Positions 17,335 through 27,064 of a DNA stretch of 32,000 nt are shown piece after piece. A model generated the notes under the pieces. The model ran no database searches. It saw nothing but the letters and a program-made list of their open reading frames with translations, and was not told the DNA's origin. Every line of letters begins with the position of its first letter. The stretch's first letter is position 1. Source of the stretch: Halomicronema hongdechloris C2206 (GTDB lineage: Bacteria; Cyanobacteriota; Cyanobacteriia; Phormidesmidales; Phormidesmidaceae); assembly GCF_002075285.3 (NCBI RefSeq), contig NZ_CP021983.2, positions 1,590,001 through 1,622,000 on the forward strand. The letters are read 5' to 3'. The translations under genes were made by a program, and so were the position numbers.

Positions 17335-17390
17335 TGTCATTCAGCTGAGGAGCCCCAGTAAGATAACCCAAGCAATACTCCTTCCTTGAT

Positions 17391-18278
17391 ATGAATGGCA
17401 CGATGAATCGGTTAGGTAGCTGGCGGCTGGGCTGGGCAATGCTGGGCAGCGCTGTCTTGATGATGACCGCGGTAGCATGCTCGGCTGAAGAGGCGCCCTT
17501 GGTCATAGAAGTAGAGCCGTCCAGGGTGTCGACAGAAGCCTTGCATCCCTTGCTTGGAGCCAATGTAGTGTACCTAGGGGAACAGCATGATCGGGCTGCT
17601 GATCACGTGACTCAATTGGCCATTATTCAAGGGCTGTATCGGGAAGAGCCCAACCTTGCGATCGCATTGGAGATGTTTCAGCGTCCCTTTCAACCCGTGA
17701 TCGATCGCTACCTCGCAGGAGATATCTCAGAATCCGAGTTACGGGCCCAAACCGAGTATGACCAGCGTTGGGGCTTTCCTTGGCAGTATTACGCCCCCAT
17801 TCTGCGGTTCGCCAAGGATAACCAGCTGCCGGTGCTGGCCTTGAATGCCCCTAGTGAAGTCGTTAGCCAGGTGGCTGACGCCGGACTCGATAGTCTGACC
17901 CCAGAAGACTTTCGCTATCTGCCTCCCCGCCGCGACATCGACACCGGCAATAGCGACTACCAAGCGATTGTGCGAGATAGCTTCGCAGGCCACGGCAGCC
18001 ATGGCGACTTTAACTTCGACAATTTCTTCGCCGCCCAGGTGACCTGGGATGAGACCATGGCCGAGACCATCGCTAATTTCTGGCGAGACTCTCCTGACAC
18101 AACAGTGGTGGTGCTGGCCGGTAGCACTCATATCATTTACGGCTATGGCATTCCCGATCGGGTGGCCCGACGGCTGGGGGATTCCCTGCAACAAACGACA
18201 GTGCTGCTAAATTTTCCCCAGCCGAAGCCATCTAATGCCGCCGACGCCATCGCCGATGTTCTCTGGTATAGCGACTGA
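17391..18278 (+). CDS. ChaN-family (Cofac_haem_bdg / Tiki-superfamily) exported protein
   Basis: Signal peptide (LGSAVLMMTAVAC) followed by VVYLGEQHDRAADH and ALEMFQRPFQPVIDRYLAG, which resemble the ChaN heme-uptake-associated family. Confidence 0.7.
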   Translation: MNGTMNRLGSWRLGWAMLGSAVLMMTAVACSAEEAPLVIEVEPSRVSTEALHPLLGANVVYLGEQHDRAADHVTQLAIIQGLYREEPNLAIALEMFQRPFQPVIDRYLAGDISESELRAQTEYDQRWGFPWQYYAPILRFAKDNQLPVLALNAPSEVVSQVADAGLDSLTPEDFRYLPPRRDIDTGNSDYQAIVRDSFAGHGSHGDFNFDNFFAAQVTWDETMAETIANFWRDSPDTTVVVLAGSTHIIYGYGIPDRVARRLGDSLQQTTVLLNFPQPKPSNAADAIADVLWYSD

Positions 18279-18302
18279 TGGCTCTGCCAGGGTGGGGTAG
18301 GC

Positions 18303-19226
18303 TCACGCCACGTTGAGGGCTCCCTGGCGCCGCAGCCACTGCTTTTGCTGGGCAGACAAGCCGGTGGCATCGGTGAATAGCGCTCCCGCCACTCGGCATC
18401 CTGTCAAGGAAACACCATCGAGTTGGGCATTTTCCAGATTGGCCTCCCGCAGATCGGCATCACTGAGGTTGGCCTGGCTGAGATTAGCAAATTCCAGATT
18501 CCCGTGATACAGCGAGGCCCCCCGCAGATCGGCACTGACCAGCACGGCATTCCAACCGTCGATCCAATCCAGCTGGGCCTGCTCTAAGACGGCAGCAGTG
18601 AGGTCAGCTTCTTGGAAACAGGCTCCCAGGGCCCGGGCTTCCGAGAGATTAGCCCCCATCAAAATGGCTGCTGTTAGGTTGGCCTGGCTTAGATCTGCTG
18701 CCGCCAGGGAAATCCCCGATAGGGTGGCCTGTTGCCATGTGGAGCGGCTCAGAGTTGCCCCCTCAAAACAGGACTGACTCAAGTTAGCGCCATCAAAGCG
18801 GGCCTCGACTAAATTGGCATCCTTAAATCGAGCCTGCGGTCCGCTGACTTGCCGCAGATCTGCGCGTTCCAGATGGGCATAGGAGCCGTCAGCCTGATCC
18901 AAACGACTACCGTAGAGCCGTACGGCTGTGGCTTGAGCTCTGCGGAAATTGACCCTCTCTAGGCAAGCCTGGGTTAAGACGGCACGGTTCAGCTGACTAT
19001 CAGCCAGGCAACTTCCTGATAAGTCAGCCAGAATTAGAGTTGCCTCAGAGAGATTTGTCCCCCGGCCAGAGACGTTGGCGAGACGGGTTCGGCGCAGGTA
19101 GGCAGCTGAGAAATCGCCGCCATCCAGGCAAGCACCACTGAGGTCGAGACCGCTGAGTTCCCCCTGCGTTAGGGATTGACCAGCTCTGACTCGAGTCAGA
19201 ACATCAGATGGGGTGAGTTGAGCCAT
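18303..19226 (-). CDS. pentapeptide-repeat protein
   Basis: The whole 307-aa ORF is made of A(D/N)LSx-type pentapeptides (e.g. ADLSGSCLADSQLNRAVLTQACLERVNF, ANLSQANLSDADLREANLENAQL). Confidence 0.9.
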   Translation of the reverse strand: MAQLTPSDVLTRVRAGQSLTQGELSGLDLSGACLDGGDFSAAYLRRTRLANVSGRGTNLSEATLILADLSGSCLADSQLNRAVLTQACLERVNFRRAQATAVRLYGSRLDQADGSYAHLERADLRQVSGPQARFKDANLVEARFDGANLSQSCFEGATLSRSTWQQATLSGISLAAADLSQANLTAAILMGANLSEARALGACFQEADLTAAVLEQAQLDWIDGWNAVLVSADLRGASLYHGNLEFANLSQANLSDADLREANLENAQLDGVSLTGCRVAGALFTDATGLSAQQKQWLRRQGALNVA

Positions 19227-19342
19227 AGATAACCACGCCGTCTCCGGATACCATCATAAATTATGTCAGTATCGGGAGATACAGACGACTCGTTGAGTTT
19301 TCCGGAATTGGTATGTAAAGGCAGTTTCCCTCCTTCGCTAGC

Positions 19343-19999
19343 TTAAGCCGAAGACTCTAGGCGTTCAGCGACTACCGCATAGAAGGGATCCGTCGAGGGA
19401 AACCCCATCAGTTGCAAAAACATCGGCAGGTTAGCAGGGCGAGCGATCACGTCAGGTGTGCCAAAGCCAGGCACAGAATTGAAATAACGCTTCACCAGCT
19501 CCACCCGACCGGCCTCACTATTCTCCCGCCAGGCAGCAATGGCCTTCTGATAAAACATGCGATTGGAAAAGCTGACAATCGCAACGCCGCCTGGCCTCAG
19601 CACTCGATACATCTGGGCAAATACCTGCTCGGGATACTGCAAATATTGCACCGATACCGCATTCAGCACCGCATCAAAGGAGGTGTCTGCCAAGGGCAGG
19701 TGGGGGGTCTCATTCAGATTCTGGACAAAATAATGATCCAGCTGGGGATTCTGCTGCAACTCTTCGGCGTTGAGACCGTGGCCCTCCACCCACTCGAAAG
19801 CCATCTCCTGCGGTAAGTGAGACACCCAGCTGCTCATCAAGTCGAGAATACGGCTGTGGGGCCGCAGGCGTTGGCGATAGAGATCCATCAGCTGCGTGAT
19901 AAACCCCTCATCCACATGGGTGACCAAACGGGGGGTGCTATAAAACAATTGATCATCAGACTCATCGAGTTTCGCACGCTGGTTGGATTGCAAGGCCAT
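19343..19999 (-). CDS. class I SAM-dependent methyltransferase (Methyltransf_11-like)
   Basis: RILDLMSSWVSHLP (motif I region), FDAVLNAVSVQYL and VLRPGGVAIVSF. The ATG at 19999 is preferred over the GTG at 20059, which would add a hydrophobic leader. Confidence 0.75.
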   Translation of the reverse strand: MALQSNQRAKLDESDDQLFYSTPRLVTHVDEGFITQLMDLYRQRLRPHSRILDLMSSWVSHLPQEMAFEWVEGHGLNAEELQQNPQLDHYFVQNLNETPHLPLADTSFDAVLNAVSVQYLQYPEQVFAQMYRVLRPGGVAIVSFSNRMFYQKAIAAWRENSEAGRVELVKRYFNSVPGFGTPDVIARPANLPMFLQLMGFPSTDPFYAVVAERLESSA

Positions 20000-20200
20000 G
20001 GCACAGAGACAATAATGGGCCAACAAGGTTAGAACTAGCCAAATCACCCAGGACGACACGGCTGAGATCGAGTCTTCTTGCTAAAGACTCCCCGGCTGAC
20101 AACCGCTCAGGGATGGGCTGATTGCCGTGAATCATGCTGTAAAGAATTCTAACGATCTCCGGCTAGCCCTGCTCGAGATTGGCTGATTGCCCCACAGATT

Positions 20201-20722
20201 TCACGAGACTCGCCCGATAGCCTGAAGTCGCCGATTGACGGCGGCAAGGTCAAACCAGTCTGGATCGAAGTCACTGCCCAGACGGTCCCAAAGCTCCAGG
20301 TAAGCAGGGTCGTGGTTATCGTCTAGCCGTTCCAGCACTTCCTCATATCCCCAGATACCACCACTGCCCTCTGGCGGGCAGGCACATTCGCCCTCTAAGC
20401 ATATAGGCGCGGGGGAGTTCGACCGGGTGTAGCTCTCTAAGATCAGTCGGTGTAACCACCCTTCTTGGGGGGCATACCAGTAGAGTAGGCGGTAGCTGCC
20501 ATGGGCCAGCACCTGCCATAGGGGCAACTGCTCATCCTGAAGATCTCCTGCCCCTGGAAGCACAAAGCAGTGGGGCTGGCTATCGCTCCAGCCCATGACG
20601 ACTTGTATCACTGAGTGTAGCTGAACCAACGAGGCCTGGGCTGGGATCTGAAACCGCCGCCAAATCGGGGGATCACTATCGACTAATTCCACCCGGAAGC
20701 GATACAGGGTATGGGACGTCAT
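20201..20722 (-). CDS. pRiA4b ORF-3-like (PF07929-type) domain protein
   Basis: The N-terminus LYRFRVELVDSDPPIWRRFQIPAQASLVQLHSVIQVVMGWSDSQPHCF is the signature beginning of this family. Its ATG directly abuts the upstream gene's stop (TAGATG). Confidence 0.7.
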   Translation of the reverse strand: MTSHTLYRFRVELVDSDPPIWRRFQIPAQASLVQLHSVIQVVMGWSDSQPHCFVLPGAGDLQDEQLPLWQVLAHGSYRLLYWYAPQEGWLHRLILESYTRSNSPAPICLEGECACPPEGSGGIWGYEEVLERLDDNHDPAYLELWDRLGSDFDPDWFDLAAVNRRLQAIGRVS

Positions 20723-22135
20723 CTAGAGTTGATCACCATGTTCTAGTAACCAGTCATTGCCGAGGCGAATGGTAATGTCTGACTGCAAATCACCGGTACT
20801 CTCCACCCGCACTTCCCCGACTCCTAGAAACCGATGGATCATTTCGGCGCTGGCTAAGTCTCCTCGCTGGGCCACAATGCGGGTGATGGGTAAGGGGTCA
20901 TGCCAGGCTCGATCGGAATAAACGTTGTAGTAACCACTGTCATTGAGGGTGTCAATCAGCGATTGCACCGCCACGGCATCACCAGTGCTGTCTTGAATGG
21001 CAATCCGTAGAGAAGCGGGCTCACTGCTGACCGCTGGCTGGACACCAAAGCCGAAATACTGATCTATCATCTCATCGATAGCCGCATAATTCGGCAACCA
21101 ATAGCTCAGGTTAAATTGATTCGGGGAGCTAAAGTCTCCGGGCAGCATCAGCATCTGTACCCCAGAGGCATTGGTCTGAGCCGCAAACCCTACTAAAGCC
21201 AGTAACTCTTCCACACTGAGGTTAGTGTCAACGTGGGACTGAATCACTGAGAGAATATTCGGCAGGCGACCGATGGTGGCGGGGTTGAGGGCTTGCTCAA
21301 CGATAGCCCGCATTAACATCTGCTGCCGCTGAATCCGGCCAATGTCTCCCTTCTCGTCGTAGCGAAATCGCAGGAACTGCATGGCCTGATCTCCATCGAG
21401 GCGCTGTTCTCCCGCCTTGAGATTGATGTAAAGGTGCTGGCTGTCGTCTTGGTATTTCATGTCTTTCGGGACATTCACTGTGACCCCTCCTAGGGCATCA
21501 ACCAGTTTCTCAACCCCTTGCACATTGATCCGCACGTAGCGATCGATGGCGACGCCACCCAGCATATTGCTAATGGAACGAGCCGCCAGAGCTGGCCCGC
21601 CCTCCCGGTTAGCTTCATTCAGCTTGGTCAGTTGTCCTTGCACTCGAGCCCGAGTATCTCGAGGAATAGAGAGCACCACCAGTTGCTCTGTATGGGGGTT
21701 GAACCGGACCAGCAACATCGTATCGGATAGGCCTTCGAAGGAGTTGACTAGGGCGTGATACCCTAAATCTTCTACTTCAGGAGGCGGATTGGTGACGTCG
21801 CTACTCAGCACCTTCAGCCCCAACACCAGAATATTCACCGGGCGAGTGAGGCGAGGTAGGCGTAGCTTCCCTCCGGTGGAAATTGGCTCACCTTGGCCAA
21901 AGATATCGGCCTCTGCAGCACTTAGCTCTGCCTGCATCAGCGGCTGGCTGGACAACGAAATGGCCAACAGCGCTCCGGCGGTAGCTGACACACTGGCAAC
22001 ACCGAGGAGGGCTACACTGATACCGACCCAACGGGGGATGCGAAACGGTTTGGAGGGCTTTCGCGGAGCAGGGGAATAGCGGGTGGGCACAGATAACCTC
22101 TTAGGACAACGATTCAAGACGACGATGACGAGCAA
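20723..22135 (-). CDS. LytR-CpsA-Psr (LCP) family cell-envelope glycopolymer ligase with LytR_C domain
   Basis: One N-terminal TM helix, then NILVLGLK...SDTMLLVRFNPHTEQLVVLSIPRDT...GGPALAARSISNMLGVAIDRYVRINVQGVEKLVDALGGV. The track start at 22135 is a TTG. A GTG at 22090 preceded by AAGAGG is an alternative start. Confidence 0.85.
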   Translation of the reverse strand: MLVIVVLNRCPKRLSVPTRYSPAPRKPSKPFRIPRWVGISVALLGVASVSATAGALLAISLSSQPLMQAELSAAEADIFGQGEPISTGGKLRLPRLTRPVNILVLGLKVLSSDVTNPPPEVEDLGYHALVNSFEGLSDTMLLVRFNPHTEQLVVLSIPRDTRARVQGQLTKLNEANREGGPALAARSISNMLGGVAIDRYVRINVQGVEKLVDALGGVTVNVPKDMKYQDDSQHLYINLKAGEQRLDGDQAMQFLRFRYDEKGDIGRIQRQQMLMRAIVEQALNPATIGRLPNILSVIQSHVDTNLSVEELLALVGFAAQTNASGVQMLMLPGDFSSPNQFNLSYWLPNYAAIDEMIDQYFGFGVQPAVSSEPASLRIAIQDSTGDAVAVQSLIDTLNDSGYYNVYSDRAWHDPLPITRIVAQRGDLASAEMIHRFLGVGEVRVESTGDLQSDITIRLGNDWLLEHGDQL

Positions 22136-22463
22136 TCATCAGCCAACACAAAACCAACCCATGACTTGGTCAGTCCAACTCGAGTCGGTTGCTACCGGAT
22201 TAGCTAGGCTACTTATCTGGGCTTGGCTAAGGGGCCTACCCGTTGCCATGGGGTCAATCAATCAATTTTTAGCAGCATGGTAGCAATATTTCCAAAGAAT
22301 GGATAAAAATTCTCGCGTTTATCTGAAATTTGGGCAGTACTCATGATGGGTTATTGGCCTACTCGCCGGGCCAGTGTCACCTGATAATCGCCTCCGGGGC
22401 TGATTTCCCAGGGCTGCAGCACGGTAGTCTAATTCACGCCGCTCTAATGCATCGCAGGTGACA

Positions 22464-22838
22464 TCACAAGATGCGATCGCTTAATTGGCTAATGCCAGGC
22501 AACTGCACCGATTTGCCCCGCAGCAGCCGCACCATCAGCCATAGGTTGGTGATGAAATACCCCGTGCTAATCAAAGTACTGGTCACCAATAGTCGTAGGG
22601 AGAGGGCCGGGCTGAGTTGAGCGCCTCCGCTGAGCAGCACGTAAGCCAAGAACCAGCCCATGGCCAGGACAACTACTAGGCGACTGGTCGAGCGCTCTCG
22701 CCGACTTCCCCGGCCCAGCCAGAGGCGCCCTAGGGCCGGCACAACACCAAAAATGGGCACCAAATAGAGGAGGAGGGTCAGGCGTTCCAGCGTATCGTGA
22801 CGGTCTGGATCAGAAGTGCGGCGATTGAGAGGGGCCAT
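22464..22838 (-). CDS. hypothetical integral membrane protein
   Basis: ATG start, 124 aa, with three predicted hydrophobic helices (LLLYLVPIFGVVPAL, VVVLAMGWFLAYVLL, LLVTSTLISTGYFITNLWLMV). No family was recognised. Confidence 0.5.
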   Translation of the reverse strand: MAPLNRRTSDPDRHDTLERLTLLLYLVPIFGVVPALGRLWLGRGSRRERSTSRLVVVLAMGWFLAYVLLSGGAQLSPALSLRLLVTSTLISTGYFITNLWLMVRLLRGKSVQLPGISQLSDRIL

Positions 22839-22858
22839 AGCACCACCAACAGCATCAG

Positions 22859-23272
22859 TTAACTCAGGCGACTAGCACTCCAGCACCCTTGGGGCAACCA
22901 ACGACCCTGCAATTGCCTGACGCGCTCTGGGGCCATGCGATAGAGCCAGGCGGTGCCTAGGGGATGTCGATCTGGAGTCAGTACCGTTTCTGCCACTCGA
23001 TGATACAGACTATCCTCAGGGCGATTGGGATAACAGTCCTCGAACTCATCCAGGACGGTGAGGATGGTGGCGTCGGGAAACCCCAGTCGATACCCCTGAA
23101 CCCAGCCCGGTTCCGTAGTTATGGCCGGATATCCCTGGGGCAGGTGATAGAGCCGACCCGGGACTGCAGCGGCGTCGACCGTTAGCACCTGGGGCCGACA
23201 TATCTTGTCATAGGCTAGCTCCCCTGGTTTCAGGGTGCCATAGACAAAGACATACACAGATGGTTGCAACAT
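22859..23272 (-). CDS. gamma-glutamylcyclotransferase (AIG2/GGACT-like)
   Basis: VFVYGTLKPGE is the family signature near the N-terminus. The ATG at 23272 (MLQPSVYVFVYGTL) is preferred, although the ORF extends to 23302. Confidence 0.75.
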   Translation of the reverse strand: MLQPSVYVFVYGTLKPGELAYDKICRPQVLTVDAAAVPGRLYHLPQGYPAITTEPGWVQGYRLGFPDATILTVLDEFEDCYPNRPEDSLYHRVAETVLTPDRHPLGTAWLYRMAPERVRQLQGRWLPQGCWSASRLS

Positions 23273-23355
23273 ACTCAAGGCCAGCATATGGTCTAGCATC
23301 AACCCATATGCTTATCATGGGATACAGTTTGTAACGTTGCTAGAGAGTAGGAGCC

Positions 23356-25965
23356 GTGGGCATAGAGTCGCGATACAATCCTGCTGCTATTGAAACGAAA
23401 TGGCAGCGAGTCTGGGCCGACCAAGGACTGGATCGGGCCGACGAGGACCCGACTAAACCTAAATACTATGCTCTGTCCATGTTTCCCTATCCCTCGGGTA
23501 ACCTGCACATGGGCCACGTGCGCAACTATACCATCACCGATGTGATCAGTCGGGTGCGCCGCATGCAGGGCTGCCGAGTGCTGCATCCCATGGGGTGGGA
23601 TGCGTTTGGATTGCCGGCTGAAAATGCGGCCATTGATCGGGGGATTCCGCCTGGGCAATGGACGTATCAAAACATTGCCCAGATGAAGCAGCAGCTGAAG
23701 CACCTAGGGCTCTCCTATGATTGGAACCGGGAAGTGGCCACCTGTGCTCCTGACTATTATCGCTGGACTCAGTGGATTTTCCTGCAGTTCTATGGAGCTG
23801 GCTTAGCCTATCAACAAGAAGCCGCGGTGAATTGGGATCCTGTGGATCAGACCGTTCTAGCCAATGAGCAGGTGGATAGCGACGGCCGCTCCTGGCGGTC
23901 TGGGGCCAAGGTTGAGCGCAAACTGTTGCGTCAGTGGTTCTTGAAAATCACCGATTACGCCGAAGAGTTACTCCAAGATCTCGATAAACTCCCCGGTTGG
24001 CCAGAGCGGGTTAAAACCATGCAAGCCAATTGGATTGGCAAATCGACTGGGGCTGAGGTGATCTTTGTGGCCGACACGGGAGATGAGATATCGGTGTTTA
24101 CCACCCGCCCGGATACCCTCTGGGGGGCCACCTTCATGGTGCTCTCACCGGAACATCCCTTGCTGGCAAAGCTGACGACGCCCGCACAGGCAGAAGCCGT
24201 CAAGACTTACCAGCAGCAGGCAGCAGCCAAGAGTGATATGGATCGCCTGGCCGATGACAAGGAGAAAACCGGGGTCTGGACCGGTAGCTATGCTACTAAT
24301 CCAGTCAATGGGGAAAAGGTGCCGATTTGGATCGCTGACTATGTATTGATGGGCTACGGCACGGGAGCCATCATGGCAGTGCCGGCCCATGATCAACGCG
24401 ATTTCGAATTTGCCCGTCAGTTTGGGCTATCGGTGAAGGTAGTTGTACAGCCCGATGACCAGCCTCTGGATGGGGAGACAATGACCGCAGCCTGGCCCCA
24501 CGATGGCAGGATGGTCAATTCTGGTCCCTTGGATGGCGTTCCTGCCGGAAAAGGCGATGGAGAGAGTGTAACTACGGCTATCCAATGGTTAGAGGCGAAC
24601 GGCAAGGGGCAGGGGCAGGTCAACTATCGATTGCGAGACTGGTTGATTTCTCGTCAACGCTATTGGGGCGTGCCCATTCCCATGGTGCACTGCCCTGACT
24701 GTGGCACGGTGCCGGTGCCGGAGGAGCAGTTGCCTGTGTGCTTGCCAGAGAGTGTCGCCTTTTCTGGAAGAGGCCCTTCGCCGCTGGCTACTCTAGAAGA
24801 CTGGGTCAACGTGCCTTGTCCCACCTGTGGTGCCTTAGCCCAGCGGGAAACTGACACCATGGATACGTTTATTGATTCTTCTTGGTACTTTTTGCGCTAT
24901 GCCGATGCCCGCAACCAGGAGCGGGTCTTTGCATCGACCAAAGTCAACGACTGGCTACCCGTCGATCAATATGTAGGCGGCATCGAGCACGCCATTTTGC
25001 ACCTGCTCTACTCTCGTTTCTTTACCAAGGTCTTGCGGGATCGAGGCTTGCTCAATTTTGACGAGCCCTTCCAGCGGCTACTGACCCAGGGTATGGTGCA
25101 GGGATTAACCTACATGAACCCCAACAAGGCAGGCAAGGATAAGTGGGTGCCAGCTCACTTAGTCAAGGATCCTGATAATCCTCTCGACCCAGACACTGGA
25201 GACCCCCTGGAAAGGCTCTATGCCACCATGTCGAAATCTAAGGGCAATGGGGTAGCTCCTGGGGATGTCTTGGCCAAGTATGGAGCCGATACAGCCCGCA
25301 TGTTTATTCTCTTTAAGGCTCCCCCTGAGAAAGACTTGGAGTGGGACGATGCCGATGTGGAGGGGCAATACCGATTTCTGAATCGGGTCTGGCGGCTATT
25401 CACTGAGTTCATTGACGAGCGTGACACGGCGTCCCCTTGGCAAGTCACTGTGCCACCAGCCGCAGAGTTATCTAAACCTGAGAAAGAGTTGCGCCGCGCC
25501 ATTCACACAGCTATTAAGGAGATCAGCGCCGACATTGAAGGGGATTATCAGTTCAATACGGCTGTCTCGGAGCTGATGAAGCTTAGCAATGCCCTCAATG
25601 ATGCCCCCTGCAAAGAGTCGCCGGTGTATGCCGAGGGGATGCAGACTTTGCTGTTGTTGCTGGCTCCCTTTGCCCCCCATATTGCTGATGAACTGTGGCA
25701 TCAACTGGGTCATGACGAGTCAGTTCATCGGCAACCTTGGCCTCAGGTAGATGAGACAGCCCTGGTCGCTGATGAAATTACCCTGGTGATTCAAATCATG
25801 GGGAAAACTCGGGGCACGATTGAGGTCCCCGCCGAGTCTGATCAGGCGGCCTTAGAGCAATATGCCCGGGAATCAGAGGTAGCCCAGCGCTATCTGGATG
25901 GACAAACCGTGAAAAAGGTAATCGTGGTGCCAGGGAAGCTGGTGAATTTTGTCGTGGCTAAGTAG
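23356..25965 (+). CDS. leuS: leucine--tRNA ligase
   Basis: GTG start, [15 protein letters not shown], a HIGH-type motif ([15 protein letters not shown]), the CP1 editing region, a KMSKS motif (MSKSKGNGV) and a bacterial LeuS size of 869 aa. Confidence 0.95.
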   Translation: MGIESRYNPAAIETKWQRVWADQGLDRADEDPTKPKYYALSMFPYPSGNLHMGHVRNYTITDVISRVRRMQGCRVLHPMGWDAFGLPAENAAIDRGIPPGQWTYQNIAQMKQQLKHLGLSYDWNREVATCAPDYYRWTQWIFLQFYGAGLAYQQEAAVNWDPVDQTVLANEQVDSDGRSWRSGAKVERKLLRQWFLKITDYAEELLQDLDKLPGWPERVKTMQANWIGKSTGAEVIFVADTGDEISVFTTRPDTLWGATFMVLSPEHPLLAKLTTPAQAEAVKTYQQQAAAKSDMDRLADDKEKTGVWTGSYATNPVNGEKVPIWIADYVLMGYGTGAIMAVPAHDQRDFEFARQFGLSVKVVVQPDDQPLDGETMTAAWPHDGRMVNSGPLDGVPAGKGDGESVTTAIQWLEANGKGQGQVNYRLRDWLISRQRYWGVPIPMVHCPDCGTVPVPEEQLPVCLPESVAFSGRGPSPLATLEDWVNVPCPTCGALAQRETDTMDTFIDSSWYFLRYADARNQERVFASTKVNDWLPVDQYVGGIEHAILHLLYSRFFTKVLRDRGLLNFDEPFQRLLTQGMVQGLTYMNPNKAGKDKWVPAHLVKDPDNPLDPDTGDPLERLYATMSKSKGNGVAPGDVLAKYGADTARMFILFKAPPEKDLEWDDADVEGQYRFLNRVWRLFTEFIDERDTASPWQVTVPPAAELSKPEKELRRAIHTAIKEISADIEGDYQFNTAVSELMKLSNALNDAPCKESPVYAEGMQTLLLLLAPFAPHIADELWHQLGHDESVHRQPWPQVDETALVADEITLVIQIMGKTRGTIEVPAESDQAALEQYARESEVAQRYLDGQTVKKVIVVPGKLVNFVVAK

Positions 25966-26000
25966 CGTGGATCTTGCCATTGGCTATTTGAGGCTTTTTC

Positions 26001-26311
26001 TATGCCAGGACAGGTAACCCACCAATTGCTCTAGAGCGGCAATCCATTGCCGCTCAGCCTCATGTTCTGAATCAGCTGCAAAAATTCGTGGCCGCGTGAT
26101 TCAAAAACTCCTTCCGCCAGCGATTGAGCACACTGGCATGCAGTTTGTTGCTCCGGCAAATCTCCGCTGACGTTTTCTATCTCATCAGCACTTGCAGGAC
26201 CACTTTGGCCTTAAATTCAGCCGTATATTGTCGTCGATTTCCGCTCGTAGCTGCCCCCTTTCGTAGAACAAGGATACTGCTCTTAGCCTTGTGTCTGAAA
26301 ATCGGGGGCAT
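26001..26311 (-). pseudogene. degraded IS3-family transposase orfA (Transposase_8 / HTH_Tnp_1-type) remnant
   Basis: The minus-strand translation reads ...SGNRRQYTAEFKAKVVLQVLMR*KTSAEICRSNKLHASVLNRWRKEFLNHAATNF. There is an in-frame TAG (nt 26177-26179). A frameshift leads into SEHEAERQWIAALEQLVGYL. No orfB or inverted repeats were seen. Confidence 0.6.
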
Positions 26312-26342
26312 TTCAGCCTGAAAAGTAGGCGTTATTCAGGCG

Positions 26343-27050
26343 TTATTCAATAGAGGTGTGGAGCTGAGGTAATTCGGTAGCACTCCTGCCATCGACGAGG
26401 GTTCGAGTCATCATGGGATTCTCTTGATGGGTAAAGCCCGTGGGACTGTCGGGATGCAACACCACCACGATTAGCCCCGTGTCATCGGTGCAGAAGCGGT
26501 GCTGGTCATGGGCGGGAATGACAAATAGGGTGCCCGGTTGCAGGGGAAGGTGCTGTTGCGGAGTCGTGAGGCTACCGCCACCTGTCACCACTAATCCGAC
26601 CCGATAGCTGGGGTGGGTATGAAGGGTTTGCTCAATTCCCCCGGGTAAGTACATGCCGTGCAGGCAGGGATCCCCGCGGCAAATGGGCGGGATCAGCAGG
26701 CTGCTGGTACCGCCGTTGATATAGGCGAGACGACCGCAGCTTTCTAAAGGACCGCCCACCATAAACATCCCCTGGTAACGTAGAAGGGTGATTACCATGC
26801 CAGCGGAGGCCGCTCCGTCAATGTGACCGCTACCCGGCAGAGAAAAGTACATGCCGGGCTGCAACCGATAGTCGTCGTTTTGGGCGGCTCGATGCAGGTG
26901 AGGTTGTCCCTGATAGACGAAGCCAACGTGGGTGCCCGGGGCAAATAGCTCTAGGGAATGGTGCCACCAGGTGTGCACCTGAATTCGAGGGAACTCTTGG
27001 TTGAGCTCGATGACGGGCTGGGCGGACAGACAATACAGGCTGGAGGCCAT
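26343..27050 (-). CDS. cupin-fold protein (apparently two barrels)
   Basis: The C-terminal barrel reads GIEQTLHTHPSYRVGLVVTGGG...LQPGTLFVIPAHDQHRF (cupin motifs 1 and 2). The N-terminal half has a second beta-rich region. The gene starts 14 nt after the STAND gene stop on the same strand. Confidence 0.6.
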   Translation of the reverse strand: MASSLYCLSAQPVIELNQEFPRIQVHTWWHHSLELFAPGTHVGFVYQGQPHLHRAAQNDDYRLQPGMYFSLPGSGHIDGAASAGMVITLLRYQGMFMVGGPLESCGRLAYINGGTSSLLIPPICRGDPCLHGMYLPGGIEQTLHTHPSYRVGLVVTGGGSLTTPQQHLPLQPGTLFVIPAHDQHRFCTDDTGLIVVVLHPDSPTGFTHQENPMMTRTLVDGRSATELPQLHTSIE

Positions 27051-27064
27051 GGCGGTATCCTCGA

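Noticed and set aside
17739-18370. Minus-strand ORFs 17739..18194 and 18143..18370, antisense to the ChaN-family gene.
   Set aside because: They are antisense frames within a supported CDS and have Gly/His/Arg-rich composition.
22083-22283. 66-aa plus-strand ORF in the 328-nt gap between the LCP gene and the membrane-protein gene. I also examined this gap for an ncRNA or tRNA.
   Set aside because: I could identify no homology, no convincing start context, no tRNA cloverleaf and no stable conserved-looking structure. The region remains unexplained non-coding sequence.
23299-23703. Minus-strand 134-aa ORF overlapping the 5' end of leuS, together with the other antisense ORFs within leuS (23955..24203, 24145..24396, 25218..25502 and others).
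   Set aside because: These are typical GC-rich antisense frames inside a strongly supported housekeeping gene. They are Arg/Gly/Ser-rich and contain no motifs.
26124-26321. Plus-strand 65-aa ORF downstream of leuS.
   Set aside because: It is antisense to the IS3 orfA relic, which explains the open frame. It has a hydrophobic, low-complexity composition and no homology.
26399-26409. GGGTTCGAGTC, resembling a tRNA T-loop.
   Set aside because: The flanking bases cannot form a T-stem or an acceptor stem. The site lies inside the cupin coding sequence.
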